Made by a program: the position numbers and the translations under genes. From Mobula hypostoma (taxonomy: Eukaryota), in assembly GCF_963921235.1 (NCBI RefSeq), contig NC_086097.1:620001-684000 (forward strand): a stretch of 64,000 bases of DNA, in the 5' to 3' direction. The notes under the pieces are model-generated. The model made no database searches. It saw only the letters and a program-made list of their open reading frames with translations, and had not been told where the DNA came from. Below, piece after piece: positions 48,542 through 59,089 of the stretch (the first letter of the stretch is position 1; each line of letters starts with the position of its first letter).

Positions 48542-50446
48542 ATCCGGTGTCAAGGATGGCTCTTGCAAAGATTCCCTATATCCGTAGGGACATGCTGGAA
48601 CGGGGTCCCACCAGTCCATCCAGAATAAGGGCTTGGGCTTTCGGGGGTCCCATGGCTGATTTCCGGGAACGTGTTCCTCCTGAGACTCCAGTCCGTTCCC
48701 TCATTGAGTCTCTCCTAAGTTTCCGGACACCTCTCCCTTCTTAGTGTCCCGGGGGCTTTCCCTCCGCGGGGCACCTTGTCTCTCACAATCCCTCTGAAAG
48801 TGACCCGCTTCTCCACAGCTGTAGCACACCCCCGGCCACTCACATTCCCCCGAGAAATGCCCCTCTTTCCCACAGTTATAGCACACGCTATCCGCCACCC
48901 CTTTCCTCCCAGGACGCTCCCCACTCCCAGCCCACGGTGTGGGCCGTCCCCCAAAGGGGGTACTCTCCCTGTCCATCCCCTCAAGCGGGGGTCCCTTCCC
49001 CCCAGAACCCCTTGGGTTTCTTGGTTCTCAACCCAGCTACCACCTCCTGAACCGCTGAGGATCGTCCCCGGTGGCCCAAGCCCCTTTTCCGGCCCAAAGC
49101 GCTCTTCTCCTCCCGCACCTCTCTAATCAGCTGCCCGAATGATGGAGGGGGGTTCCTTTTATAGGACTGCCGGAGACTCCAAGCCACCTTGTCCTCCTCC
49201 AGGGAACCACTAAATATCTGACTCATCCTCAACCTCGCCACTTCGTCCACCTTCACTACCCCTCAGCACCACAACCCAGTAAGCATTCTCTCCAGCCGAA
49301 AAATGTATTCTGAGAGTTTATCCCCTCTTCCCTGCCCCATGTGGTGAAACTGCGCTAAAAGCTCCCAGGGATCTCCTGACATTCCAAACGTTCCCTCCAA
49401 AGCTTCCAGATACTCCGCCAGGGAAGCCGAGGGCCGTTCCGCCTTCAGCTCCCGGACTACACCAGCCGCCCCACCCCTCAAACTTTCCACCAATCGCTGT
49501 CTCTTTTCCTCATCTGAGCCTGGCCACGCCTCTAACAACTGGGACGTATTTTCAATCCATATCTCATAGTCGTCCTCCCCTTCCGGGGTAGGTTTGGCTC
49601 CTGAGAAAATTCTCAGCTTTGGGCAGGGCCCCTCGGCCCTTCTCACCAGGGAGGTAATAGCGGCTTCTAACTCGGAGGTCTCACCTCTAGCTGGGGGACG
49701 GGGCCTGGCCAAGCCTTCCCACTCTGACCCTCCACCACTGGCTACTGGCACCTCCCCTGGGGTCTCATCTAGCTCCTCCTCTGGTATCTCCTCACTTCCT
49801 TCCTCTGGGAAGGTGTGGAGGCCCCATGGCACCCCCCTCCCCCAGACACCGACCATCACTGGCAGTTCCAACGTCATGATGTCAGCACTCGTACGAACCA
49901 ACACCCAGCTAGATTCCACTTCTTTACCGCATCTTCTAGCTACCAGTTCTACCTGCCCTATACCTTTGATCAAACTCAACCCTTGCACGAGTACATCTCC
50001 CGAAATGTGGAAATCCACCCCACTTAACACGCACGCATGATTCACCGGTACGTCCTCTAACTCATACCAGCTTACAATCTTATCTCGATCCATCTCCACA
50101 CTACTTAACGTGGCGATTTATACAGCTTTACCGAAAATTCAAACCTGGACGTCTGCCCCAACAAATGTAATGCTCAGCTCTATTGGCTCCTATTTATCTA
50201 GGGGAAACCCCATCACCCGCCCACCTTCTCTCCCGGTTACGTCGGTTGCTGTACAACTGCCACCTGATTCGGCTTCAAACATCAATCATCAGCCAGCACT
50301 CAATGTACGTTTTACCAATTACACTTTACAGATATTACTCAGTCGATGAGATTAATGGAGGTACAATACAAAAAGGAATGGAACAGGCGCCAGACTTATC
50401 AAAGTTCAATTTCTTCATGCACACGTTGGAGCTCGGACCTTCTTTC

Positions 50447-51640
50447 TTAGAAACCATAGAAAAACTACAGCACAGAAACAGGTCTTTTGGCCCTTCTTGG
50501 CTGTGCCGAACCATTTTCTGCCTAGTCCCACTGACCTGCACATGGACCATATCCCTCCATACACCTCCCATCCATGTATCTGTCCAATTTACTCTTAAAT
50601 GTTAAAAAAGAACCCGCATTTACCACCTCGTCTGGCAGCTCATTCCATACTCCCACCACTCTCTGTGTGAAGAAGCCCCCCCTAATGTTCCCTTTAAACT
50701 TTTCCCCCCTCACCCTTAACCCATGTCCTCTGGTTTTTTCCTTCCCTTGCCTCAGTGGAAAAAGCCTGCTTGCATTCACTCTATCTATACCCATCATAAT
50801 TTTATATACTTCTATCAAATCTCCCCTCATTCTTCTACGCTCCAGGGAATAAAGTCCTAACCTATTCAACCTTTCTCTGTAACTGAGTTTCTCAAGTCCT
50901 GGCAACATCCTTGTAAACCTTCTCTGCACTCTTTCAACCTTATTTATATCCTTCCTGTAATTTGGTGACCAAAACTGAACACAATACTCCAGATTCAGCC
51001 TCACCAATGCCTTATACAACCTCATCATAACATTCCAGCTCTTATACTCAGTACTTTGATTAATAAAGGCCAATGTACCAAAAGCTCTCCTTATGACCCT
51101 ATCTACCTGTGACGCCACTTTTAGGGAATTTTGTATCTGTATTCCCAGATCCCTCTGTTCTACTGCACTCCTCAGTGCCTTACCATTAACCCGGTATGTT
51201 CTACCTTGGTTTGTCCTTCCAACGTGCAATACCTCACACTTGTCTGTATTAATCTCCATCTGCCATTTTTCAGCCCATTTTTCCAGCTGGTCCAAGTCCC
51301 TCTGCAGGCTCTGAAAACCTTCCTCACTGTCTACTACACCTCCAATCTTTGTATCATCAGCAAATTTGCTGATCCAATTTACCACATTATCATCCAGATC
51401 ATTGATATAGATGACAAATAACAATGGACCCAGCACTGATCCCTGTGGCACACCACTAGTCACAGGCCTCCACTCAGAGAAGCAATTCTCTACCACCACT
51501 CTTTGGCTTCTTCCATTGAGCCAATGTCTAATCCAGTTTACCACCTCTCCATGTATACCTAGCGACTGAATTTTCCTAACTAACCTCCCATGCGGGACCT
51601 TGTCAAAGGCCTTACTGAAGTCCATGTAGACAATATCCAC
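50447..51640 (-). mobile_element. Young 5'-truncated CR1 inserted in the Gypsy LTR
   Basis: Open frame [17 protein letters not shown]...FADDTK...to the stop at 50522. Tail at 50447-50520. Confidence 0.9.
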
Positions 51641-51714
51641 TCCGCGATCCACTCTGACCCCTCGACTGGCAGCCCGGAACCACCCGGAGTAATCGACCAG
51701 AGCACTCCCAGTAC

Positions 51715-52232
51715 GTCCGTCGTCCTCATGGTCTCTCCTCCAACTCGTCGTCCTCACGGTCTCTCCTCCAACTCATCGTCCTCACGGTCTCTCCTCCAAC
51801 TCCCCGCCAGAAACCCCTAGTTTCCCCGTACGTCCGTCGTCCTCACGGTCTCTCCTCCAACTCGTTGTCCTCACGGTCTCTCCTCCAACTCCCCACCAAA
51901 ACCCCCTGGTTCCCAGCCGTATGATCGTCCTCCCGGTCTCTCCTCCAACTTGTCGTCCTCCCGGTCTCTCCTCCAACTCGTCATCCTCATGGTCTCTCCT
52001 CCAACTCGCCGTCCTCCCGGTCTCTCCCCCAACTCGTCATCCTCACGGTCTCTCCTCCAACTCCCCACCAAAACCCCCTGGTTCCCAGCCGTATGATCGT
52101 CCTCCCGGTCTCTCCTCCAACTCGTCGTCCTCCCGGTCTCTCCTCCAACTCGTGGTCCTCCCGGTTTCTTCTCCAACTCGTCGTCCTCCCAGTCTCTCCT
52201 CCAACTCCCCACCAAAACCCCCTGGTCCCCAG
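51715..52232. repeat. C-rich minisatellite, 28-bp unit with higher-order blocks
   Basis: Unit CTCTCCTCCAACTCGTCGTCCTCACGGT. Runs are punctuated by CCCCACCAAAACCCCCTGGTTCCCAGCCGTATGA. Confidence 0.9.
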
Positions 52233-52414
52233 CCATATGAGACAGCATATCACCCCAAGAAACAATAACATGGACACCCATTGGTTCACTTACTCTGTTA
52301 TCTATATTATAACCCAAGCAAACTGCTAGCTAGAGACTTTATCAGCATTTAACATAACAAAAGAAGTCATCTTAATTAACATACGCAGTAACATAAAACA
52401 AGAAACCCCTTGCA

Positions 52415-52575
52415 TAACTATATTATAATTATGTGGTTTTGTCAGTTTTAGTCTTGGTTTGTCCTGTGTTTCTGTGATATCTTTCTGGAGGAACATTGTA
52501 GCATTTCTTAATGCATGCATTTCTAAATGACAATAAACGAGGACTGAGTGTCCTCATAATCTAATCTAATCTAAT
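52415..52575 (+). mobile_element. 3' end of the (AATCT)n-tailed non-coding element
   Basis: Near-identical to about 26-188. Confidence 0.75.
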
Positions 52576-54815
52576 GTATATTGTAAATAGCTGCAGTCCC
52601 AGCACCAAGATTTGCGGTACCCCACTAGTCACTGCCTGCAATTCTGAAAGGGACCCGTTAATCCCTACTCTTTGTTTCCTGTCTGCCAACCAATTTTCTA
52701 TCCATGTCAGTACCCTACCCCCAATACAACGTGCTCTAAGTTTGCCCACTAATCTCCTATGTGGGACCTTATCAAAGACTTTCTGAAAGTCCAGGTACAC
52801 TACATCCACTGGCTCTCCCTTGTCCATTTTCATAGTTACATCCTCAAAAAATTCCAGAATGTCAAGCATGATTTCCCCTTCGTAAATCCATGCTGACTCG
52901 GACCGATCCTGTTACTGCTATCCAAATGTGCCACTATTTCATCCTTTATAATTGACTCCAGCATCTTCCCCACCACTGATGTCAAGCTAACTGGTCTATA
53001 ATTCTCTGTTTTCTCTCCCCCTCCTTTCTTAAAAAGTCGGATAACATTAGCTACCCTCCAGTCCTCAGTAACTTATCCTGAATCTATAGAACATTGGAAA
53101 ATGATTACCAATGCGTTCACAATTCCAAGAGCCACTTCCTTAAGTACCCTGGGGTGCAGACCATCAGGCCCTGGGGATTTATCAGCCTTCAGTCCCATCA
53201 GTCTATCCAACACCATTTTCTGCCTAATGTGAATCCCCTTCAGTTCCTCTGTTACCCTAGGTCATCCGGCCACTATTCCGTCTGGGAGATTGTTTGCGTC
53301 TTCCCTAGTGAAGACAGATCCAAAGTACCTGTTCAGCTCGTCTGCCATTTCCTTGTTCCCCAGAATAAATTCACCCGTTTCTGTCTTCAAGGGCCCAACT
53401 TTGGTCTTAACTAATTTTTTCCTCTTCACATACCTAAAGAAGCTTTTACTATCCTCCTTTATATTCTTGGCTAGCTTGTCTTTGTATCTCATCTTTTCTC
53501 CCCGTATTGCCTTTTTAGTTATCTTCTGTTGCTTTTTAAAAGTTTCTCAATCCTCTGGCTTCCTGCTCATCTTTGCTATGTTATACTTCTCTTTTATTTT
53601 TATACTGTCCTTGACTTCCCTTATCAGCCACAGTCACCCCTTACGCCCCTTAGAATCTTTCTTCCTCTTTGGAATGAACTGATCCTGCACTTTCTGTATT
53701 ATTCCCAGAAATACCTGCCATTGTTGTTCCACTGTCATCCTTTCTAGGGTATCTTTCCAGTCAACTTTGGCCAGCTCCTCCCTCGTGGGTCCATAGTCCC
53801 CTTTGTTCAACTGTAACACTGACACTTCCGATTTTCCCTTCTCCCTCTCCAATTGTAGATCAAAACTTATCATATTATGGTCACTACCTCCTAATGGCTC
53901 CTTTACCTTGAGTTCCCTTATCAAATCTGGTTCATTACACAACACTAAATCCAGAATTGCCTTCTCCTTGGTAGGTTCCAGTACAAGCTGCTCTAAGAAT
54001 CCATATCAGAGGCACTCCACAAACTCCCTTTCTAGGGGTCCAGTACCAACCTGATTTTCCCAGTCTACCTGCTTGTTGAAATCCCCCATAACAACCATAG
54101 CATTACCTTTGTGACATGCCAATTTTAACTCTTGATTCAACTTGCACCCTACATCCAGGCTACTGTTTGGGGGCCTGTAGATAACTCCCATTAGGGTCTT
54201 TTTGCCCTTACAATTTCTCCGTTCTATCCATACTGACTCTACATCTCCTGATTCTATGTCACCCCTCGCAAGGGACTGAATTTAATTCCTCACCAACAGA
54301 GTCACCCCACCCCCTCTGCCCACCTGTCTGTCCTTTCGATAGGACGTATACCCTTGAATATTCACTTTGCAGCCCTGGTCCTCTTGCAGCCATGTCTCTG
54401 TTATTCCCACAACATCATACTTGTCAATTTCCAACTGAGCCTCAAGCTCATCCACTTTATTTCTTATACTTCGTGCATTCATATATAATACTTTTAATCC
54501 ATTACTCCCCTCACCTTTCACATCGATTCCTATTGCACTTGGCCATACTCTCCGATCCCTTCCTGAGCTTTCTGCCCCATTAATTCTGTTGTCTTTCTTA
54601 ACTTACTTTATTCTCTCTTTCCCTTTAACTCCATCCTTATATTTCCTCTCCTCCCCACCACTATTTAGTTTAAACACACCAGTGTAGCAGTGGCAAACCT
54701 GCCTGCCAGAATGCTGGTCCCCCGCCTGTTAAGGTGCAACCCGTCCCTTTTGTATAATTCATCCTTACCCCAAAAAAGATCCCAGTGGTCTCAGAATCTA
54801 AATCCCTGCTTCCCG
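52576..54815 (-). mobile_element. CR1 LINE (ORF1 C-terminus, APE, RT N-half)
   Basis: GTSILAGRFATATLVCLN*; LKVLYMNARSIRNK; GVIYRPPN; SDHNMI; LDFQKVFDKVPH. Confidence 0.88.
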
Positions 54816-54817
54816 CA

Positions 54818-55125
54818 GGGATAAGTTGTCCCGTTTTTATTTGCATATATCTCCGTATTGTGATAAATGTAATAATGGAGAAGCTTCACTCATTCATATG
54901 TTTTGGACATGTCCGAGTCTTGGAAAATATTGGAAAGAAGTATTTCAAACTTTCTCAATAATTTTCAAAGTAAATTTCAAACCTAATCCTTTGACTGCTT
55001 TATTTGGTATTGTTGGAGGAAAGGATATTATTTTGGAGCCATTCAATCTGCACATTTTGGCTTTTATGTCTCTTATGGCCAGAAGGATGCTTTTGCTTAA
55101 ATGGAAAGATGTGGCCCCTCCTATT
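54818..55125 (+). mobile_element. L1-clade ORF2 C-terminal fragment
   Basis: CDKC...LIHMFWTCP..YW zinc-knuckle motif. Confidence 0.7.
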
Positions 55126-55659
55126 CACACTCTACTGCCTGATGTCACGCACCTGCGCAGTCTTGCCTCTCTTTTACCCCGAGTGGTAAAAACTGCCTTG
55201 GCTCCGAAAATCAGCCGTTCACTCGCAGCTCTCTTGCTCTGAATCCTGGAAGAAAACCATGCTGACTTTGTACTATCTTGTCCTGAGTAGCCAAGTACTC
55301 CAACGCCTCAACCTTAACAATTGACTCTAACATCTTCCCAACCATAACATGCTCGTTAGTGTAACAACTTTGTTTTCTTGTTTATATTTGATCAATTGCT
55401 GTTGGTTAGTATGCTGCTAACTAGTAGCACCTGGCTAGTGTTCTAAGTTCATTTTAGCTATCAGCCAAGATTGAATGGCAAAGCAGATCCTATAGGCCAG
55501 ATGGACTAATGCTGCTCCTATATCTTACTATCTTTTTCTGATGCTAGGTGTTGTTGGTTTATGGCTAACACTAGGCCATTCCCGTGTAAATCCACTTATG
55601 CGGGGCCACTGACTGCCAGTGAAATGGCAGGGTTTGAGGTATTTATTCTGGAGCACTGG

Positions 55660-57010
55660 TTAATGTGGGGTTGGTGCTGCTGGTATGGAAATAGTGCTGG
55701 TTAGAGTGGGGTTAGTGGTGGTTTGGTGACGATGCTGGTTAGAACGGGGTTAGTGGTGGTTTGGTGACGATGCTGGTTAGAGTGGGGTTAGTGGTGGTTT
55801 GGTGACGATGCTGGTTAGAGTGGGGTTAGGTGTGGTTTGGTGACAATGCTGATTAGAGTGGGGTTAGTGGTGGTTTGGTGACGATGCTGGTTAGAGTGGG
55901 GCTAGTGGTGGTTTGGTGACGATGCTGGTTAGAGTGGGGTTAGTGGTGGTTTGGTGACGATGCTGGTTAGAGTGGGGCTAGTGGTGGTTTGGTGACGATG
56001 CTGGTTAGAGTGGGGTTAGTGGTGGTTTGGTGACGATGCTGGTTAGAGTGGGGTTAGGTGTGGTTTGGTGACGATGCTGATTAGAGTGGGGTTAGTAGTG
56101 GTTTGGTGACGATGCTGGTTAGAATGGGGTTAGTGGTGGTTTGGTGACGATGCTGGTTAGAGTGGGGTTAGTGGTGGTTTGGTGACGATGCTGGTTAGAG
56201 TGGGGTTAGGTGTGGTTTGGTGACGATGCTGATTAGAGTGGGGTTAGTGGTGGTTTGGTGACGATGCTGGTTAGAGTGGGGCTAGTGGTGGTTTGGTGAC
56301 GATGCTGGTTAGAGTGGGGTTAGTGGTGGTTTGGTGATGATGCTGGTTAGAGTGGTTAGTGGTGGTTTGGTGATGATGCTGATTAGAGTGGGGTTGGAGT
56401 TGTTTTGGAGCTGGTTTGGAAACAGTGCTGGTTACAGTGGGTTTGGTGCTGGTTTGGAGATGGTGCTGGTTAGATTTGGGTTGGAGGCAATTTGGAGACA
56501 GTGCTGGCTAGAGCGGGGTTAGCAGTGGTTTGGTGATGATGCTGGTTAGAGTGGGGTTGGAGCCCGTTTGGGAATGGAGCTAGTTAGAGTGGAGTTGGAG
56601 CCAGTTTGGACATGATACTGGATAGGGTGGTGTTAGTGCTGCTGGTTTCGAGATGGTGCTGGCTAGAGTGGGGTTAGTGGTGTCTTGCGATGATGCTAGT
56701 GAGAGTGGTTGGAGCCGGTTTGGAGATGGTGCTAGTTAAACTGGGGTCGGTGCTGCTAGTTTTGAGATGGAGCCGGTTATAGCAAGGTTGGGGGTGCTGC
56801 TGGTTAGTGGGGTTGATACCGCTGGTAAGAGTGGGGTTGGAGCCGGGTTTGTAGTGGTGCTGGTTACACTTGGGTTGGAGCAGGCTTGAGAATGGTGCTG
56901 GTTAGAGTAGTGTTAGTGCTGGTTAGAGTGGGTTTGGAGCTGGTTTAGTGATGGTGCTGGATGGAGTGGGTTTGGTGCAGGTTTGGGGATTGTGCTGGTG
57001 TTGGAGGCAG
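55660..57010. repeat. G/T-rich minisatellite, 38-bp unit; homogeneous at about 55720-56390, diverged on both flanks
   Basis: Unit GATGCTGGTTAGAGTGGGGTTAGTGGTGGTTTGGTGAC. Confidence 0.93.
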
Positions 57011-57157
57011 TTTGGTGTAAGGTGACCATTGATTAGTTCCAAGTTAGTGATGATTATTCTGAGTTGGTGCTGTTGGTGTGGGCTCAGAATAAAGGGATGG
57101 CATAAAAACAAAAGAGGAGGTGTCAATCCTAATTTCAACCCTTTGCCTGTTACTTAC

Positions 57158-57291
57158 ACAGCTGTCATCCGCTCATCCTGGAAGGTCACAAAAGTCATTC
57201 CCAGCCGTTTCAGAGTGATCCGATGGCGCTCAGCGTTGAACTCATCCGTGAGCTTCTCTTCCAGTTCACTGTAGTATTGCTCCGCATCCAC
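57158..57291 (-). CDS. TMEM63C: TMEM63C internal exon, 134 nt
   Basis: ctgttgcag|GTG GAT...GCT GT|gtaagt translates to [44 protein letters not shown](V). The [20 protein letters not shown] stretch is characteristic of TMEM63C. Phase 0 in, phase 2 out. Confidence 0.92.
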
Positions 57292-57699
57292 CTGCAACAG
57301 AGAAGGCAGCTTCTGGTGAACAAATGGAGTTCAAATGGTTATGCATATTAAACTTCCACACTATTTACAGGGAAGCCAACCACATAGCATAGGAAGTGCG
57401 GAAACAAGCCACATCCCGGACACACATCTCAGGCTGCCATCCAAACCTTCCTCTGGATGGTTCAGTTCTCAGGCAAGGCAGAAGGTAATGTTGAAGCTAT
57501 TGTATCTTAAGTGGACAACTGCATCTTTTGAGCTACATCAACAGTAAACAAGTCTCTCCATGCGTTGCTGCTGGGTGCAAGGAATGTCACAGTGAACAAT
57601 CCTCCAAATCCACCAGTCACGGTGGAAAACTGGGATGTGCTGGGAAGTGAGGAAAATGGTTTCTGCCTTAATCTGGCTGTGGTAGGACAGATAACAGAG

Positions 57700-58500
57700 G
57701 CCATAGTTAGACCATAAGACACAGGAGCAGAATTACAGTATTTGGCCCATTGAATCTGCTCCACTATTAACCCTCTCAACCCCATTCTCCTGCCTTCTCC
57801 CCATAACTTTTGACACCCTGACTAATCGAGAAACTGTCGACCTCCACTTTAAATATGACAAGTGTCTGTGGCAATAAATTCCAGAGATTCACCACTCTCT
57901 GCCTCAAGAAATTCCTCCTCATCTCTGTTGTAATGGATACCCTCTGATCTGAGACTTCCCCATTGTAAGAAACATCCTCTCCACATCCACTCTATCTAGG
58001 CCATTCAGCATTCAATGGGTTTCATTGAGATCCTCAATCATTCTTCTAAAATCCAGCGAGTACAGAACCAGAGCCAGGGAATGGGAACACATGGTTGGAC
58101 AGGGAACGGGAATGTAGTTGGACAGGAAGTGGTCAGAGGGTACAGTTCCAACATTTAAGAAGCATTTGGGAAGGTGCATCCAGGGGATGGGCTTGTAGAG
58201 GGTTATGGCCTGAATGTAGATACGAAGAACTAGGAGGGAAGATGCTGTGATCAGCAGCATCCAGTTGAGCTAAAGGGCCTGTTTCTATGCTGTATGACTC
58301 CGTGACTAAACTTCTTTTGACCTCTCTCCACAGTCTCCACATGCTTCTGATAATGGGGCGACCAGAATTACAACCAATACTCCTTGCAGTCTGGCTAAAT
58401 TTTTATATACCTACAGCATGATTTCCTTTTGTCTATACTCAGCACCCATAATAATGAAGATAAGCATGCCATATACTTGCTTTAGCACATTATCCACTTT
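57700..58500. mobile_element. Decayed CR1 3'-end fragments in both orientations
   Basis: CR1 tail motifs (gaccataagacacaggagcagaatta; aagggcctgtttctatgctgtatgactc). Confidence 0.6.
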
Positions 58501-58838
58501 CAGTGAACTATGGTTTTGAACTATATTCGTTGTAACCTGTATTCACTTTGATATTAATACATTGATTATCTCCTAACATAGTCTTTTGTCCTCCTTATAT
58601 CCTCAACCTCCGTCTCAGATCCCCTTCTCAGTCAATGATCCACTGTTATCTTACCCCATACAATCTGTCACTCTAAATCTCTGCCCATCTCCAACACCTC
58701 TCTTAATCCCATTTCATTTCTGTCTGCCTGTGTCTGTTCCTACTCCTGCTCCAACCTATCAATCCATTCCGTTCTTCTCTGCCTTCAATATTGACCATTG
58801 TAAACAAATTATTTACTCTAGAAGACTGATATTCCCAC

Positions 58839-58959
58839 CTGTTCAAATCCACAGCAGTCACAGCAGCAGATCCGGGCCAATGGGTGGGTCTTAATCATGA
58901 TCTTTCCTTCCTTTTGGGCCTTGGCTGTGAAATACAGACGACCTTTCATTGCTTTTCGT
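58839..58959 (-). CDS. TMEM63C: TMEM63C internal exon (first of four in window), 121 nt
   Basis: Minus strand reads ttcctccttcag|A CGA AAA GCA...GAA CAG|gtggga and translates to [40 protein letters not shown], recognisable as the TMEM63 cytosolic domain. It ends in phase 0, matching the next exon. Confidence 0.9.
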
Positions 58960-59089
58960 CTGAAGGAGGAATACAAAGGTTACAAACCCTGAGAACCATG
59001 GCAGGAACTCCTCACTCATCTTGAGATTTTGTGAGTTAGCCCATCAGTTATGAAGTTATCGAAAAATATATTCCAGATTCAATATTGAT

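Larger units (their letters stand above)
46521..50165 (-). mobile_element. Gypsy/Ty3 LTR retrotransposon internal region (gag, protease, RT; truncated before RNase H/integrase)
   Basis: gag 49263-50099 is PNMA-like (LRIFSG..PEGEDDYEIW..EKRQRLVESLRG). Two CCHC knuckles (CYNCGKEGHFSGEC, CYSCGEAGHFQRDC). Protease [28 protein letters not shown]. Degenerate tRNA-Pro-like PBS at about 50140-50162. Confidence 0.92.
50166..52414 (-). mobile_element. Gypsy 5' LTR, expanded by a CR1 insertion and a minisatellite
   Basis: Minus strand begins TGCAAGGGG (52414) and ends GCATTACA (50166), directly before the PBS-like sequence. Confidence 0.7.

Noticed and set aside
49263..50099. Domesticated PNMA-like host gene
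   Set aside because: It is embedded in a Gypsy element with LTR, PBS and pol, and gag is interrupted by a stop at 49263 and further lesions downstream.
50522..51757. 411-aa ORF with an unusual N-terminus
   Set aside because: The N-terminus is LTR/minisatellite sequence read through by chance into a truncated CR1 RT.
55126..55260. CpG-containing segment possibly a CR1 5'UTR
   Set aside because: There is no second copy in the window to confirm it, so it is left unassigned.
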